Of a stretch of 64,000 nucleotides of DNA, positions 61,698-64,000 are shown one piece after another. This stretch comes from an uncultured delta proteobacterium (GTDB lineage Bacteria; Myxococcota_A; Polyangia; Haliangiales; Haliangiaceae): positions 640,001 to 704,000 of the forward strand of contig CAWKDB010000002.1 in the NCBI GenBank assembly GCA_963848295.1, given 5' to 3'. The notes beneath the pieces were generated by a model that searched no databases, was not told the origin of the DNA, and saw nothing but the letters and a program-made list of their open reading frames with translations. The position numbers were made by a program, and so were the translations under genes. Each line of letters starts with the position of its first letter. Position 1 is the stretch's first letter.

Positions 61698-64000
61698 GCG
61701 GGCTCCGCCGGATCGATCGGACTCGCGGTCGCGGAAGGATCACAGACGACGCGAGTCACGAGATGCACCGGATCGTCCGCGAGCAGCTCGGCTAGGTGGC
61801 GCGCGTGCACGTTGCCGAGCTGGCGCAACTGTTCGCGGCAACTGAAGCCGTCGGCGACGACTGTCGCGGTCGGCGCTTCGCGCACGGCCGGCAGCAACAC
61901 GCGCTCGGCGAGTGCGACCGATATCGGGTACTTCGCACGCTGGAACCCGAACGCACCGGCCATCCCGCAACAACCGCTATCGAGCACGTCGACGGCGTGA
62001 CCTGCCGCGCGCAGCAGCGCGATCTCGTGGTCCGGCTCGAGCACGGCGGACTGATGACAATGCCGGTGATAGATCACGTTCTGTGACGGCACCTGTGCCG
62101 GTCGATAGCCGACCGATGCCAAGAGCTCGCCGAGCGAGAACGTCTGCTTGCCGAGCCGCGTTGCGCGCGGATGTTCCGGGAAAAGCGACGGCAGCTCGTC
62201 GCGGAATGCGCTCGTGCAACTCGGTTCGAGCGCCACGACGGGCACACCCGCATCGATGTCCTCGGCGAGCACCTCGAGCGTCCGGTGCCACAGCTTGCGC
62301 GCGTCGTCGAGCCAACCGTACTCGTAGAGTGGCCGGCCGCAGCAGACGCGGCGCGCCGGAATGTCGACCGCGAAACCTGCCTGCGACAACACGCGCACGG
62401 CGTCGTGCAGCACCTGCGGATAGAAGGCGTCGTTGAACGTGTCGGGCCACAGGATGACGCGCTTCGAGCCGGGTGTAGCGGCCGGTCGGCGAAAGCTGCG
62501 GCGAAAAGTCCGGCGTGCGATCCGCGGGATATCGCGCTCGTTCGCGACGCCCGCGATCGACTTCGCGAGTACTCGGAACCCGGGTGCGTGCGTGAAGAAG
62601 TTCACGAGCGGGGCGAGCGGCCGGCCGATCATCAACCAGCGATGCAGCCACCCGAACACGTAGGCCTCCCTCGGGCGGAGTCGACCTTCGTAATGGTGTG
62701 CCATGAACTCGGCCTTGTACGACGCCATATCGACATGGGTCGGGCACTCCTTCTTGCAGGCCTTACACGCGAGGCAGAGGTCGAGTGACTCGCGCACGTC
62801 TTCGCTGCGCCAGCCGTCCGTGATCACGTCGCCGCGCATCATCTCGAACAACATGTGTGCCCGGCCGCGCGTCGAGTGCCGCTCGTCGAGCGTCACCATG
62901 TAGCTCGGACACATCGTCGCTTCGTCTCGCTTGCGGCACTTGCCGGTGCCGACACAGCGCACGCCGGCATGTCCGAAGTCGTGACCGTCGTCACCGTGTG
63001 ACATGTCGATCGGCCCCGGGTGCGGCTGATAATCAACGAGCCGGAGATGCGACGTGCGCGGGTTCGGCCACACCAGCTTGCCCGGGTTCATCGCGCGATC
63101 TGGATCCCAGATCGTCTTGAACTCTTGGAACGCTTGGACGAGCTCGGCGCCGAACATGATCTCGTGCAGGTCGGCGCGTGACTGCCCGTCGCCGTGCTCG
63201 CCGGAGAGTGAGCCGCCATGCGACACGACGAGGCGCGCGGCATCGGCGGTGAACTTGCGATAGCGCTCGAGTCCCTCGGGCTTGTCGAGCCCGAAGTCGA
63301 TCCGGCTGTGCACGCAGCCCTGGCCGAAGTGGCCGTACAGCGAGCCTTCCAAGCCGTACTGGTCGTAGAGCGCGTGCAGCTCACGCAGGTACGCCTCGAG
63401 GTGTGCGGGCGGCACGGCCGAGTCTTCCCAACCCTCGTAGTTATCGGGCTTGCCCGGCTCGAACGCGTCGACGCCGAGTGCTTGCTCGCGCATGTCAGCG
63501 AGCTTGTGCTGGCTCGCGACGTCGACGAGGATGTTGACGCCCTGAGGCTCGAGGAGCTTCGCCGTCAGTTCGGCTGCGGCCCGTGCCTCCGCGACCGTGT
63601 CGGCGCCGTGCTCGACCATCAGCCACGCCTTGCCGGCGGGGAGCAGCGAGAGCGCATGAGCGTGATCGCGGTGCTGGCTCTTGATCCGCCGGGTCAATAC
63701 GTCGTCCATCGCCTCGCAGCCGACCGGTCGACGTTCGCGCGCCAGGTTCGCCGCTGCCGCAGCGCGATAGATGTCCGGATAGCCGAGGATCGCGAGCACG
63801 CGTGCCGGTTTCGCGCGCACGAGCTCGAGCTTCGCGCCGAGCAGGATCACGCAGGTCGCCTCGCTGCCGACGAGCGCCCGCCCGACGTGAAAGCCGCGAT
63901 CGTCGAGCAGGTCCGGCAAGTTATAGCCGGACACCAGGCGAGGCATGACGGGAAACCTGGTCTTGATCAGCGGCTGATAGCGCTCGCGAAGCGCGAGCAG
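61694..64000 (-). CDS. FAD-linked oxidase with 4Fe-4S/CCG domains (YdiJ-like); 5' end beyond the window
   Basis: GSEAT, YGHFGQGCVH, SGEHGDGQSR, CVGTGKC, CLACKACKKECP, CCGRP and CCGMAG. Frame is open to 64000. Confidence 0.9.
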   Translation of the reverse strand: MLALRERYQPLIKTRFPVMPRLVSGYNLPDLLDDRGFHVGRALVGSEATCVILLGAKLELVRAKPARVLAILGYPDIYRAAAAANLARERRPVGCEAMDDVLTRRIKSQHRDHAHALSLLPAGKAWLMVEHGADTVAEARAAAELTAKLLEPQGVNILVDVASQHKLADMREQALGVDAFEPGKPDNYEGWEDSAVPPAHLEAYLRELHALYDQYGLEGSLYGHFGQGCVHSRIDFGLDKPEGLERYRKFTADAARLVVSHGGSLSGEHGDGQSRADLHEIMFGAELVQAFQEFKTIWDPDRAMNPGKLVWPNPRTSHLRLVDYQPHPGPIDMSHGDDGHDFGHAGVRCVGTGKCRKRDEATMCPSYMVTLDERHSTRGRAHMLFEMMRGDVITDGWRSEDVRESLDLCLACKACKKECPTHVDMASYKAEFMAHHYEGRLRPREAYVFGWLHRWLMIGRPLAPLVNFFTHAPGFRVLAKSIAGVANERDIPRIARRTFRRSFRRPAATPGSKRVILWPDTFNDAFYPQVLHDAVRVLSQAGFAVDIPARRVCCGRPLYEYGWLDDARKLWHRTLEVLAEDIDAGVPVVALEPSCTSAFRDELPSLFPEHPRATRLGKQTFSLGELLASVGYRPAQVPSQNVIYHRHCHQSAVLEPDHEIALLRAAGHAVDVLDSGCCGMAGAFGFQRAKYPISVALAERVLLPAVREAPTATVVADGFSCREQLRQLGNVHARHLAELLADDPVHLVTRVVCDPSATASPIDPAEPA

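Overview
High-GC window with myxobacterial-style genes (Ser/Thr kinase, Gly-rich and TPR secreted proteins). Bases 1-10.2 kb look like ordinary chromosome. At about 10.25 kb a ~31 kb tyrosine-integrase element (10243-41382) has inserted into a DUF1295 gene and supplied a replacement 3' end. It has shared att cores, GTTCTACACCG arm-type repeats and an excisionase-like HTH gene at the right end. Its cargo is an N6-adenine methyltransferase with a coupled PD-(D/E)xK nuclease, plus a nitrogen-oxide island. The island holds a nitrate-reductase-like Mo/4Fe-4S/Rieske/cytochrome-b-like cluster, a TDT channel, qNor, NorR with three binding sites, a ric-hemerythrin-cupin-globin operon, YwiC, a YeaR-like gene and kynA. 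Many of these genes have sigma54-type promoters. Immediately after attR are the remains of an older element of the same family, with integrase scraps at 41.7 kb and 59.7 kb. The region between those scraps carries two ECF-sigma regulons whose promoters can be read from the DNA. The first, GCGAAyCs-N14-GGCTCy, lies in front of sulfide/persulfide-stress genes (cydAB, persulfide dioxygenase, YeiH, DUF302, thioredoxin, methyltransferases) beside an ECF-zinc-finger fusion. The second, GTAAC-N16-AGAC, lies in front of a bufferin-type MNIO (DUF692) RiPP cluster with a lipoprotein precursor and an extra 43-aa Cys/His membrane peptide. The 15-29 kb segment is heavily frameshifted, probably from sequencing error. 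No rRNA, tRNA or CRISPR array was seen.
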